This document shows positions 49,801 through 57,534 of a stretch of 64,000 nucleotides of DNA, one piece after another. A program made the translations under genes and the position numbers. Each line of letters opens with the position of its first letter. The stretch's first letter is position 1. This DNA comes from Prochloron sp. (lineage in GTDB: Bacteria; Cyanobacteriota; Cyanobacteriia; Cyanobacteriales; Prochloraceae). Where the stretch lies: assembly GCA_965198675.1 (NCBI GenBank), contig OZ240666.1, positions 3,172,776-3,236,775 of the forward strand, read 5' to 3'. The notes beneath the pieces are model-generated. The model did not search any database, had not been told where the DNA came from, and saw only the letters and a list, made by a program, of their open reading frames with translations.

Positions 49801-52800
49801 TGCTTTCAGAATTGCCAACAGGGCGATAATTAGGTTAGGGGACCGCTCTAAACAAACCCCCACCAAACTCTCTGAACCAACCCCCAAGCTTTGCAAATAA
49901 TGGGCCAGTTGGTTTGCCTTTTGATTCAACTCCTGATAGGTTAAGGTTTGGTCTGCCAAAACCACTGCTACTGCATCTGGTGTCTTTTGGACTTGAGCTT
50001 CAAATAACTGGTGAACGCAGGCATTACGAGGATAATCGGTTTGAGTCTGATTCCACTCCAGTAACAATTGCTGTCGTTCAGCAGCACTCAAAATGGGCAA
50101 TTGGGCAATGGTTTGTTCTGGATTGAGAACTATCCCTTCGACAAAAATGTGGAAATTTCTTGCCATCCGCTCAATGGTTGCCCCATCAAACAGGTTGGCA
50201 TTGTATTCAAAAGCGCCAATCAGTTCTGTATTGCTTTGGGTGAGGGATAAGGTTAAATCAAAGGTAGCCCCAGCAGTAGGTTTATCTAAGGGCTTAGGAT
50301 TGACAGTCAGCCCCGACAACTCTAGGGTTTCCTTCGGGACATTTTGCAAGGTAAACATCACCTGAAAGAGGGGACTAACCCCTGGCAGCCGTTCCGGTTT
50401 CAGTTGCTCTACGAGAAGGTCGAAGGGGACATCGGCATGGGCATAAGCGTCTAAGGCCACTTGACGAACCTGGGAAAGCAACTCAAGGAAGGTATGCTCT
50501 AGCTGAGGTCGAGTGCGCAAGACTAAGGTATTAACGAAGAAGCCAATCAAAGCCTCTGTTATGGCTGGGGTTCGGTTGGCGATGGGAGTCCCTACCACAA
50601 TATCGTCTTGATTGCAATAACAGGAGAGAAAAGCGGAAAAGGCAGCAAAAAGTGTAATAAATAGAGTTGTATTAGAGCGTTTGCTTAAGATATGGAGTTT
50701 CTGAGTTAGGTCAGTATTGAAGTGAAAGGGAACCCACCCCCCGTAGCCCCCCTCCCGGGTTCCCCTCCTGGGAGGGGGTAGGGGTGGGTGGGGTTGGGGG
50801 GTGGGTTCAGTTGTGTGAGGACGATCCAAGGGGAGGTTAAGCACTGGGGGAGCATCTGCTAATTGCTGTTGCCAGTATTTAATTTGGGCATCTCTAAACT
50901 TACCTGTGAACCGGTGGCGTTGCCAGTGAGCATAATCTACATACTGAATGGGTAGGTCAGAAAGGGATGGTGCTGTTGACCTATGATAGCTTGTGTAAAA
51001 GCACGAAAGTTCTCTGAGTAAAACTTGTATTGACCAATCATCACTAATGATGTGGTGCATAGTCAGTAGTAAAATTTGCTTTTCCTGTGCTAAGCAAATT
51101 AGCGTAAATCGCACCAGAGGCTCTTGAGTTAAATCGAAGGGGCGATTTTGTTCTTGGAGAATAACTTTCTCAAGGACATCTTTCCCTTCAGTGGTCAAGT
51201 CTACAACTGATAAGGGTAAAGGAATATGGGGGGCAATTATCTGAATTGGCGAACCATTTTGGGTTTCAAATGTCGTTCGGAGTATTTCGTGGCGGTCTAT
51301 GAGAGTGGCGATCGCCTTTTCTAAACTCTTCCTATCCAACGACCCAGTTAGCACAAAAGCTCTGACCAAGTTATAAGCAGCACGATTTTCTTCTAGTTGA
51401 GCCAGAAACCAGAGACCTTGTTGTGTTAGGGATAGGGGAATGTCTGCCTCTCTTGCCGTGGGTGTGGGGGCTAAGGGATATTCAGAAGTGCTAGTATTTA
51501 CGGATTCTATATACTTTGAAAGTAGGCTAATTGTTGGTGCTTCAAAAATCTGCTTCAATGGCATTTCAATACCTAGTTTCTCTGCAATACGAGCCAAAAC
51601 TTGGCTAGCATGAAGGGAGTGTCCCCCTAATTCAAAGAAATTATTCTCAATGCCAATCGGCTCTATTTTAAGGACTTCAGACCAAATTTTGACTAATATT
51701 TCTTCTATATTAGTACGGGGGGCAATAACATTTAATTCTAATGCTGATGTTGCCAGAATTGATTCTGGTTTAGGTAGAGCTAGTCGGTCAATTTTACCAG
51801 TTGCAGTTAAAGGTAATGACTCTAGCCAAATGAAGCAAGCTGGAATCATGTAACTGGGTAATTTATCCCCTAAAATAGCTTTTAATTCTTGAGCTGTAAG
51901 TTTGTTTTGAGGATTTACCGGAGTCAAATAAGCCACTAGCTGTAAATCGCCCACTGCTCCCCCTTTTTCTGTCTGGGCAACTACAACCGCCTCTCCAACA
52001 GCTTCTAGGTTCAACAAAGTGGCTTCCACTTCACTGGTTTCAACCCGATAACCTCGGATTTTAACCTGAAAATCTTTACGGCCTAGGTGCAATAAACAAC
52101 CATCGGGCAACAACTTACCTAAATCACCTGTTTTAAAATATTTATGATTATTTTTACTAATAAACACTCGTTTAGTTAACTCAGGCTGTTGCCAGTACCC
52201 CAAGGCAAGTTGGCGAGAACGAATTACAATTTCACCAACGTCTCCTGGGGCAACCTCCTGTCCTGATTCATCCCAAAGCAAAACTTCCGTTCCCTCAACC
52301 CTATAGCCCGCAGGCACGGTGGGACCAGTGAGAACTGTATCTTTGGTAATGGGAAATTGTCGCACCGGACTAATCTCTGTACCCCCCAGATTCACCATTA
52401 AGGTGCATTGCGGGGAAAAATGGCGCTGAAACAGTTCTGCATCCTGTCGGTAAACGGTTTCGCTCCCAATTTGGATCAGTCGCAACTTGGGAAAATCTGC
52501 TTCCTCGTTCAAAGTGGCAGCGAAGTGACGAAACAGGGTGGCAACCATGAACGTCACGGTAATCTCATTGTCTTGCAACCATCCAGCCAATTTGTGCAAA
52601 TTGATTTGCTTTACGTCTAGAGGCAATAAGGTGGCACCGTTCAACAAGGCACAGTAAATATCTCGCACTGCACCACCGAAGGCGGCTGAATACAACAGTG
52701 AAAAGCGATCGCCACAGGTCATCTTTCCGCTGTTGCTATAGTTGCGATAGAGATTGAGAACATACCGATGGTTTTGCATGACACCCTTGGGGCGGGAGGT

Positions 52801-53313
52801 GGAACCGGAGGTGTAAAGGATATAAGCTAGGTCATCAGGATGACACTGAATCTCTAGGTTCTCATCTGAGATTTCTTTATCTAGGGTGTCAATCCTCAAA
52901 ACATCTTGGCTCAAAATGCTCTGCTCAAACCCTGAAGCCTGGAGATGGTGGCGATGGCTTAAAATTAATTTAGCTTTTGAGTCTTTCAGAATCAGGCTAA
53001 GGCGAGACTCTGGCAACGATATATCTAAGGGAACGTAAAATTTCCCCGCCTTGAGTACCCCCAACATGGCTGCAATCATTGCTGGTTCTGTTGCAAAGAG
53101 GAGAGCGACGGGTTCAGCTACGGTATTACGGCAATCTAGAATTGCTCTGGCAATTTGATTAGACCAGCGATTTAACTCATTGTAGGTTAGGGAGCGCCCT
53201 TGAAAGATAATGGCTGGGCGCGAGCCATGTTGTAAGACTTGAGTCTGAAATCGTTCTGGGATAGATTGTTCCAGAATTTCTCCACCAATATTGTTAGTCG
53301 CCTTTGATACCAT
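43855..53313 (-). CDS. non-ribosomal peptide synthetase, A-T-C-A-T-C-A-T-R (3 modules, terminal thioester reductase)
   Basis: Three adenylation cores are present (LAYILYTSGSTSRPKG, LAYVMYTSGSTGQPKG, LAYVIYTSGSTGQPKG, each with YKTGDL and GRxDxQVKIRG). Three carrier motifs are present (FFELGGHSL, FFALGGHSL, FFDLGGHSL). Two condensation domains are present (MHHIISDDWS, LHHIVSDGWS). The C-terminal SDR-type reductase reads IFLTGATGFLGIHLL. Confidence 0.95.
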   Translation of the reverse strand: MVSKATNNIGGEILEQSIPERFQTQVLQHGSRPAIIFQGRSLTYNELNRWSNQIARAILDCRNTVAEPVALLFATEPAMIAAMLGVLKAGKFYVPLDISLPESRLSLILKDSKAKLILSHRHHLQASGFEQSILSQDVLRIDTLDKEISDENLEIQCHPDDLAYILYTSGSTSRPKGVMQNHRYVLNLYRNYSNSGKMTCGDRFSLLYSAAFGGAVRDIYCALLNGATLLPLDVKQINLHKLAGWLQDNEITVTFMVATLFRHFAATLNEEADFPKLRLIQIGSETVYRQDAELFQRHFSPQCTLMVNLGGTEISPVRQFPITKDTVLTGPTVPAGYRVEGTEVLLWDESGQEVAPGDVGEIVIRSRQLALGYWQQPELTKRVFISKNNHKYFKTGDLGKLLPDGCLLHLGRKDFQVKIRGYRVETSEVEATLLNLEAVGEAVVVAQTEKGGAVGDLQLVAYLTPVNPQNKLTAQELKAILGDKLPSYMIPACFIWLESLPLTATGKIDRLALPKPESILATSALELNVIAPRTNIEEILVKIWSEVLKIEPIGIENNFFELGGHSLHASQVLARIAEKLGIEMPLKQIFEAPTISLLSKYIESVNTSTSEYPLAPTPTAREADIPLSLTQQGLWFLAQLEENRAAYNLVRAFVLTGSLDRKSLEKAIATLIDRHEILRTTFETQNGSPIQIIAPHIPLPLSVVDLTTEGKDVLEKVILQEQNRPFDLTQEPLVRFTLICLAQEKQILLLTMHHIISDDWSIQVLLRELSCFYTSYHRSTAPSLSDLPIQYVDYAHWQRHRFTGKFRDAQIKYWQQQLADAPPVLNLPLDRPHTTEPTPQPHPPLPPPRRGTREGGYGGWVPFHFNTDLTQKLHILSKRSNTTLFITLFAAFSAFLSCYCNQDDIVVGTPIANRTPAITEALIGFFVNTLVLRTRPQLEHTFLELLSQVRQVALDAYAHADVPFDLLVEQLKPERLPGVSPLFQVMFTLQNVPKETLELSGLTVNPKPLDKPTAGATFDLTLSLTQSNTELIGAFEYNANLFDGATIERMARNFHIFVEGIVLNPEQTIAQLPILSAAERQQLLLEWNQTQTDYPRNACVHQLFEAQVQKTPDAVAVVLADQTLTYQELNQKANQLAHYLQSLGVGSESLVGVCLERSPNLIIALLAILKAGGAYVPLDPTYPPERLAFMVENAGLQVIVTETGVRENLPEVAYSIDIGSGMINRRDAEDAEKEGREGRVTAKSLAYVMYTSGSTGQPKGVGVTHRNIVRLVKNTNYAQFTSNDVFLQLASVSFDAATWEIWGSLLNGSRLVLFPEPKPSLETLGQVIGQHQITALWLTAGLFHLMVDERLEDLQSLRILMAGGDVLSVSHVQKCCQTLPHCQFINGYGPTENTTFTCCYPVPTGASLGQSIPIGRPVANTRVYILDGQHQPVPIGVVGELYAGGDGVARGYLNRPELNAERFIASSFLEGEILYKTGDLVRYLPDGNIEFLGRIDNQVKIRGFRIELSEIEAVLNQHPQVSQGIVIVRQDGSGDKSLVAYVKRSETQVSGNELRSFLKQKLPDYMVPNAIVWLDSFPLTPNGKVDRRRLPIPDFEQERETNFVAPRTQAETVIANIIATVLGQERVGIHDNFFALGGHSLLATKVISRLREAFEVELPVKIIFESPTVAGLASIIINSQQTTPGLTLPDIVPRESEGQPLPLSFAQARLWFLNQLEERPNATYNIAVALKITGSLDVGALERGLQEIIQRHSILRTRIQVVNGIPLQTIDPSAEFTLAVVELQQEGNHQQNLQKWATAEADQPFDLKQDLPIRATILQLSPEDHALFLTLHHIVSDGWSMELLLQELSTLYAAFVAGQPSPLKPLPIQYLDYAAWQRQWLEVNVIEQQADYWKGQLADVCSPINLPTDRPRPSVQSFRGGQFHFQLDTAVSQKLRTLARGTNSTLFMTLLAAFAILLSRYSSQQDILIGTPVANRHHRQTESLIGFFVNTLVLRTRTEGNPIFRELLQQVRQVALSAYSHQDIPFEKVVEILQPERSLSHSPLFQVMFALEQSPTYGEFPGLTLTPIEREHQTAKFDLTLSMVDSPSELSGYWEYNSDLFDRETIVRMASNFKTLLAGIVTNPEERVEQLPLLSADEGQQLLVEWNDTRVDYPQEHCIHHLFEAQAERTPEAVAVVFAGEQLTYQELNARANQLAHYLQGLGVKPETLVGICLERSIEMVVGLLGILKAGGAYVTLDPDYPNTRLTYMLEDSGIAVLLTQKALRARLPESQVEVVYLDADWSAIPKGSATRCAQQDTVSAPVNVQPQHLAYVIYTSGSTGQPKGVLIEHQAIASHCYAITEHYQVTSQDRFLQFTSFSFDAALEEIFPPLISGATLVLRDPDLWTVPEFHQKLIELELTFVNLPPSYWHQWLHWQQQNPQDAPPLPHLRLVVSGSDVLQPETIKLWQQLCQKNPWLDSVGLLNAYGPTEATITTTTFDIAGALKTDSSMPRVPIGRPLPNRTIYILDSNGNPTPIGIPGELHIGGLGIARGYLNRPELTVEKFIPNPFGEGRLYKTGDLARYRRDGNIEFLGRIDHQVKIRGFRIELGEIESLLSGHQQVQECVVIPWEDTPGNKRLVAYVVGDDDFDIKALKEYCKQQLPDYMVPSVVVPLTSLPLSVSGKIDRKALPAPYAAFSQSSEFVAPKTESQILIASLFAEILSLHPETISLDDSFFDLGGHSLLATQLMFRIREAFEINLSLRALFDYPSVSDLASAIDQALVTGNYQSQTWDLEAEAALDPDIQPSTAIAPIVSPIERIFLTGATGFLGIHLLSELLTTTDATVYCLVRAEHVDAGKERLKNKLEASGLWSDNFTCRIIPIIGDLGSSRFGLSATEYNNLCQQIDVIYHVGAKVHHLWSYALLKDANVLGTQDVLRLASLGKLKPVHYVSTLFSTSQTDQPILESATANHYDLLKVGYVQTKWVGEQLVWEAAKRGLPITIYRPSRISGHSQTGVSSFDDLLSRLVKGCIRLKSFPSWSGLPENLVPVDYVSRAIVCLSQQNSLFGKAFHLINPKSVPLREIFEWVRSLGYSLEEIDYTDWRSKLIEDMENPLYPYLPNFPESPSSTTNLIEYDCRNVVDGLRGSGIKLPEVNQDLFKTYLCYFRESGFLEN
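50731..50807. repeat. GC-rich nested palindromic element (composite copy) in frame inside the first condensation domain of the NRPS
   Basis: AACCCACCCCCCGTAGCCCCCCTCCCGGGTTCCCCTCCTGGGAGGGGGTAGGGGTGGGTGGGGTTGGGGGGTGGGTT. It is translated as …PQPHPPLPPPRRGTREGGYGGWVP…. Confidence 0.85.
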
Positions 53314-53332
53314 TAATTAACTTCCTCCCATA

Positions 53333-54364
53333 TCAAGTAAAGGTTTGCTCGAAAAACCTTTCTCTTCCCTTTGCGCCTTTGCGCCTTTGCGCGAGATGCA
53401 ACGCCAAACAGACAGGGTCTAAAATCTCAACCTGAGCTAGAAATTCCTGGGCTGAGAACCATGAAGAATTAGAGTTAGAGCAGGCAATTTTTGCTTGCAA
53501 CCAATCCAGAAAAATAGGAATTTCCGTGCAGCATGCGATGGCAGAATCTATCCTGGAAACATTCTCTAACAAGGAAAAAAGCTGTTCTCCCATGGCACAG
53601 GCATATTCTTTGTCAAATGCCTTGACTCCGTAATAGATAATATCCATCAATCTAGATTGGCAAGAATCCGGCAAGACTGAGAAATCAATCCCTAACTGTT
53701 GAAGAGGCTGAGTATAGACTCCCCCCATCAGGGTTGCAGTAGTGCCTAAAACCAACACTTTTTGCCACCTTCGGCATTGCAAAACCTCTACAACTGCATC
53801 CACAAGGGAAACAAAATTGAGACGACGGGCAATTGCTGGATAGCGGTTTTCTAAGTCTTGCTGAATTTGAGGTATAAAGTAATGAACTGCATTACACAGC
53901 AGCATGACTTGAATATTGCAATTGTCGGCTTGTAGATATTCCGTTGCCTGGATAATGGAATCAGATGCTAACTTTACTAAGCGATCCCTGAGAGAGATTC
54001 CTTCCACCAGGCGATTGGGATCTAACATGACCTTAACACGACTGGGAATACCACAAGCTTGGTAAAGAACAATTTCCCGACTGTTGCCACAATATTGACA
54101 AGCTTTCTGAAAGCTCATGGCTCCCGCAAGGGGTCCCATCCCTCCTAAGAGAATGAGAGGTGTTTTATTAGGATGAGGTGGGTGCAGAGAGAGGATATCC
54201 ACGGGAAAATCTTGGTCTTCTACCCATTTCCCTTGAGCCTTCATTTGGGAGGCTATCCCTTTCAATTTGGCCATGTATACAGGCATGTAAGCGATGGCCT
54301 CATGAGCAACAGCAAACTGCTTCCAGGAACCAACTTTAGGCGACAGTAGCGAGTTTACGTGCAT
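53333..54364 (-). CDS. aspartate/glutamate racemase-family protein
   Basis: LILLGGMGPLAG and …IACCTEIP… supply the two Cys-containing racemase motifs. The N-terminal extension is long and the start is uncertain, because it overlaps the upstream gene by 29 nt. Confidence 0.75.
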   Translation of the reverse strand: MHVNSLLSPKVGSWKQFAVAHEAIAYMPVYMAKLKGIASQMKAQGKWVEDQDFPVDILSLHPPHPNKTPLILLGGMGPLAGAMSFQKACQYCGNSREIVLYQACGIPSRVKVMLDPNRLVEGISLRDRLVKLASDSIIQATEYLQADNCNIQVMLLCNAVHYFIPQIQQDLENRYPAIARRLNFVSLVDAVVEVLQCRRWQKVLVLGTTATLMGGVYTQPLQQLGIDFSVLPDSCQSRLMDIIYYGVKAFDKEYACAMGEQLFSLLENVSRIDSAIACCTEIPIFLDWLQAKIACSNSNSSWFSAQEFLAQVEILDPVCLALHLAQRRKGAKGRERFFEQTFT

Positions 54365-55190
54365 TCTTTTGTTGCTCCATGAGACTTAACAAGGCTTCCA
54401 TTACTTGGCCAATACCACGCAAGTACTGCCGGAAAAGGGCTTGGGTTAACTCGTAATCAATGGGGGTTTGAGTCGTCTCGCAGTAAGCATTTAATGCTTT
54501 GACCACCACCAAAAAGTGGTCTACCTCCGTCTCATCAGCAACGTGAACATGGACGTATTGCAGTGCTTTCTCCCGTTCAACAGGGGACAAATTATACTGT
54601 TGGTCAATGAGATTTCCAAAAGCGCCAAGGGCAACACTATATTCAGCATGGTTGTATATTTCCGAGAACATGTTGGTGAATAATCCAGTTTGGATATCAG
54701 CCACTACCATGTTTTGATAGATCCATCCCCTGAACTCACGGGCTTTGGGAAGACAATACTTTTCCAGAGACCAGGGAAAATCCCCCACCAGATAATGAGC
54801 GAGGTCATGGAAAAGTTGAGCATGGGTTTCTCCCCCAAAGTCCAATCCCAAATCTTCATAACTGGTTTCGGCATTGTGAGAACTGGCAAGCATTAACTGG
54901 GCACGAGTTGCGGTATCTTCTGTCGCCATAGCGAGCCGTTGTAGCCGACAAGACAATCCATATATGGCCAACATCTTGAGATGGGTTGCTTTCCAGGAAC
55001 TGAGGATCTGAGATAGCTGCTCCTTGGACCACTTATAAGAGGGCAACAAGGCAAAAAAGCGTTCTACCTTGTTGATAACGTCTGAGGATGCAGCCACGCT
55101 CTCAATGAGGGCAGATTTAAGTTGCTCATCATTAACCAAGCCAGCCAGCTCGTAGATATAGTTAGTCAGTGTTTTGTTGGTTTTCACCAT
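54336..55190 (-). CDS. heme-oxygenase-like-fold (di-iron oxidase/'iron-containing redox enzyme'-type) protein
   Basis: All-helical 284-aa protein with spaced E/H pairs (AETSYED, GETHAQLFHDLAHY, SEIYNHAEY, HVADETEVDH). It is the first gene of the NRPS operon. The assignment rests on motif pattern only. Confidence 0.45.
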   Translation of the reverse strand: MVKTNKTLTNYIYELAGLVNDEQLKSALIESVAASSDVINKVERFFALLPSYKWSKEQLSQILSSWKATHLKMLAIYGLSCRLQRLAMATEDTATRAQLMLASSHNAETSYEDLGLDFGGETHAQLFHDLAHYLVGDFPWSLEKYCLPKAREFRGWIYQNMVVADIQTGLFTNMFSEIYNHAEYSVALGAFGNLIDQQYNLSPVEREKALQYVHVHVADETEVDHFLVVVKALNAYCETTQTPIDYELTQALFRQYLRGIGQVMEALLSLMEQQKNARKLATVA

Positions 55191-55607
55191 TATCTTGATT
55201 TTTTTTGATGATGGAGATATGAGAGCTGAAAATAGACTCTTGTTGTCTAACTCAGGGAAGATGCACTTAACCCTACAACCTTCGACAGTTTTTTGTCAAG
55301 CATATTTTTGTAAAAAGTTTTTTTCTTGGTGCAATACCCTTTGTGGGGCACACTAATTTCGCACTATGCGATGACCTAGGGAGATCTGAAGGTTAGGCGT
55401 CGGGTGTTGACTGTCTGACACAAGTGCCTAAAACTGAGGAATGACAAAACTTTAGAGAAAAGAGACAAAGTGATACGCCTCCGCCAGAGTTACAACACAA
55501 CCAGCCTCAGGGGTTTGTTGCGGATCGGCTGTGCCCTTGTTGTTACAGTTATCCCGGGAGGAGTTATTAGCTAGGTTTGGAAATGAAAACTAAGGAAAAT
55601 TGGCATT

Positions 55608-56571
55608 ATGACCAGATTCTTACACGATCAGTTCGCTAAAGAATACCTCAAGGAATTGTTAAAACCCATGGGGCTGACAGAAACTGGTCAAGAGTTAGCC
55701 TCAGAAGTGCAACAAATTGATGTCTGCTTTTCCCCAAAACCACAACCAAACCAAGACCAAGAACAGAAAGAGCTGGGGTTACTAGGAAGGTTCGCCTCAA
55801 CTCCAGCAATATTTGAACCCTTTCGCTCCCCAGTAAAGAAAAATGAAGTTCTCAGTTGTCTTGGTAAGCTGTTCAATGTTAATCGCTTATCTCAAAGAAC
55901 GCTACGCAAGAAAAGGAAGCTGTCGGACAGGGAATTACATCATCTCTGGATTCTAACACCAACAGCGTCTCCTGACTTCCTAGCCAGCTTTGGAGCTTCT
56001 CCAGATGAAGAAAACTGGGATCCAGGGGTCTATTTTTTGCCAGAATCACTCAAAACTGCTATTGTGGTGATTCATCAATTACCGCAAAACCCACCCCCCC
56101 AACCCCCCCTCCCGGGAGGGGGGCGAAAGGGGGGGTGGGTTAAGAATTTTGGGCAAAGGAAAAGTGCAGCAACAGGCAATTAATGAATTAAAAGCCATAC
56201 CAGAAAGTCCCCGACGGGAAAATACACTAGAATTGTTATATAACCTCTTCCATCTTTTAGAAGTTCGTCAAGATGTAGAACCAGATGACCAGGAGTTGAT
56301 TATGAAGTTATCCTCTCTTTATACGCAAAGGCTAGAAGCTGCTACAGAACAAGGATTACAGCAAGGATTACAGCAGGGATTACAGCAAGGAGAACGACAG
56401 ACAACCCGTCGCTTCATTACCAATCTCCTGGAAGTGCGATTTTCCCAGGTAGACGAGGAACTGACAACAGTTATTGAACCTTTAATGGAACTGCCTACAG
56501 AAGAACTTACTCCTTTGTTGTTACAATTATCTCGGGAGAAGTTATTAGCTAGGTTTGGAAATGTTAACTAA
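55608..56571 (+). pseudogene. DUF4351-type (PD-(D/E)XK-like) cyanobacterial family protein, frame broken by a palindromic element
   Basis: The N-terminus is MTRFLHDQFAKEYLKELL…EVQQIDVCF. The frame changes at the element 56088-56141. The downstream frame reads LRILGKGKVQQQAINEL…LLLQLSREKLLARFG. A QQGL x3 repeat is present. Confidence 0.6.
56088..56141. repeat. GC-rich nested palindromic element
   Basis: AACCCACCCCCCCAACCCCCCCTCCCGGGAGGGGGGCGAAAGGGGGGGTGGGTT, with longer C/G runs than the other copies. Confidence 0.85.
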
Positions 56572-56730
56572 GGAAAATTGGCATTATGACCAGATTCTTA
56601 CACGACCAGTTCCCTAAAGAATACCTCAACAGCTGTAGTTTTGGTGGGCAATAAGCAATTTACTCTCATTATAGGGTACCAAACGTTTCCCAAATTGCCC
56701 ACCCTACTGTACTCTCGAACTGGTGACTGC

Positions 56731-56973
56731 TCACTGTTTCGGACGAATGCCATAATGGCGATAATTCCAATAATCTTTCAGAATTTTGTCATGGTCGAAA
56801 CAGAGATTTGGGGGTATTTCCCAGGAATGAAAAATCCCCAGATTCTTAGCATCATCCGCTGCTTGAGGTTCCCCCTGAGCGGTAGCAATAAATACTACAC
56901 TCAGGGTATGTTGCCGAGGATCCCGATTTGGTTCTGAATAAACTTGGATCGGAAACTCACCGTCAACTATCAT
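56731..56973 (-). pseudogene. NUDIX-hydrolase-like C-terminal fragment
   Basis: …[29 protein letters not shown]…[15 protein letters not shown] resembles the end of ADP-ribose-pyrophosphatase-type NUDIX proteins. No Nudix box is present. Confidence 0.35.
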
Positions 56974-57534
56974 GGTAACTGATTACTGTTAAATTATATA
57001 GCAATCTATCATGATTGGATCCCCCCGCCCTATCGGGCACCCCCCTTAAAAAGCTATCCTTTATAAGTAACTCTGAAACCCTTGATTGATAAGGGGATAG
57101 GGGGATAGGGGGATAGGGAGGTAGGGAGGTAGGGGGAGTAGCAAGTGAAGTAAAGACAACTATTGTATTTAGATTTAGATATTTCTACCCCATCACCCCA
57201 TCACCCCATCACCTTTCAGTTACCAGTGACCAGTAATCACGTACCATGGTAGCAGCTCAACCTTGGGTTTGAGGCCCCCACCAAATAAGTGGTGGCAAAC
57301 CACTTATTGGTGGAAGGCGTTGGTGCGGGACCAAAGCCCGCACCATACGCCTGGTAACTGTCATGGTACAAGGTCACTGTTTTACCCCAGCTCCCCAGCT
57401 CCCCACCCAGCAAGACTTATAGCGTTTCTTATAAGGGTTAGCCTTAAAAAGGGGGAATCTAGCGTTATTGCTCCTTACAAATGATTTAAAACTGCTATAG
57501 TACTACCCTTGAAAGAAAGCCTTAGAATAAGAGA

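Noticed and set aside
46868-52620. Multiple 60-150-aa plus-strand ORFs inside the NRPS (for example 48173-48622 and 50093-50365)
   Set aside because: All are antisense to a continuous 3152-aa NRPS frame with clear domain motifs. They are shadow ORFs.
57095-57215. Short tandem repeats (GGGGATA/GGGAGGTA units at 57095-57140; CCCCATCA units at 57188-57215) as possible regulatory or telomere-like arrays
   Set aside because: These are low-complexity simple repeats of a kind scattered through this window. Other examples are CGATTCCC x3 at 6963-6985 and GTTACCA x4 at 24728-24757. There is no associated gene or structure, so they were recorded only as background repeat load.
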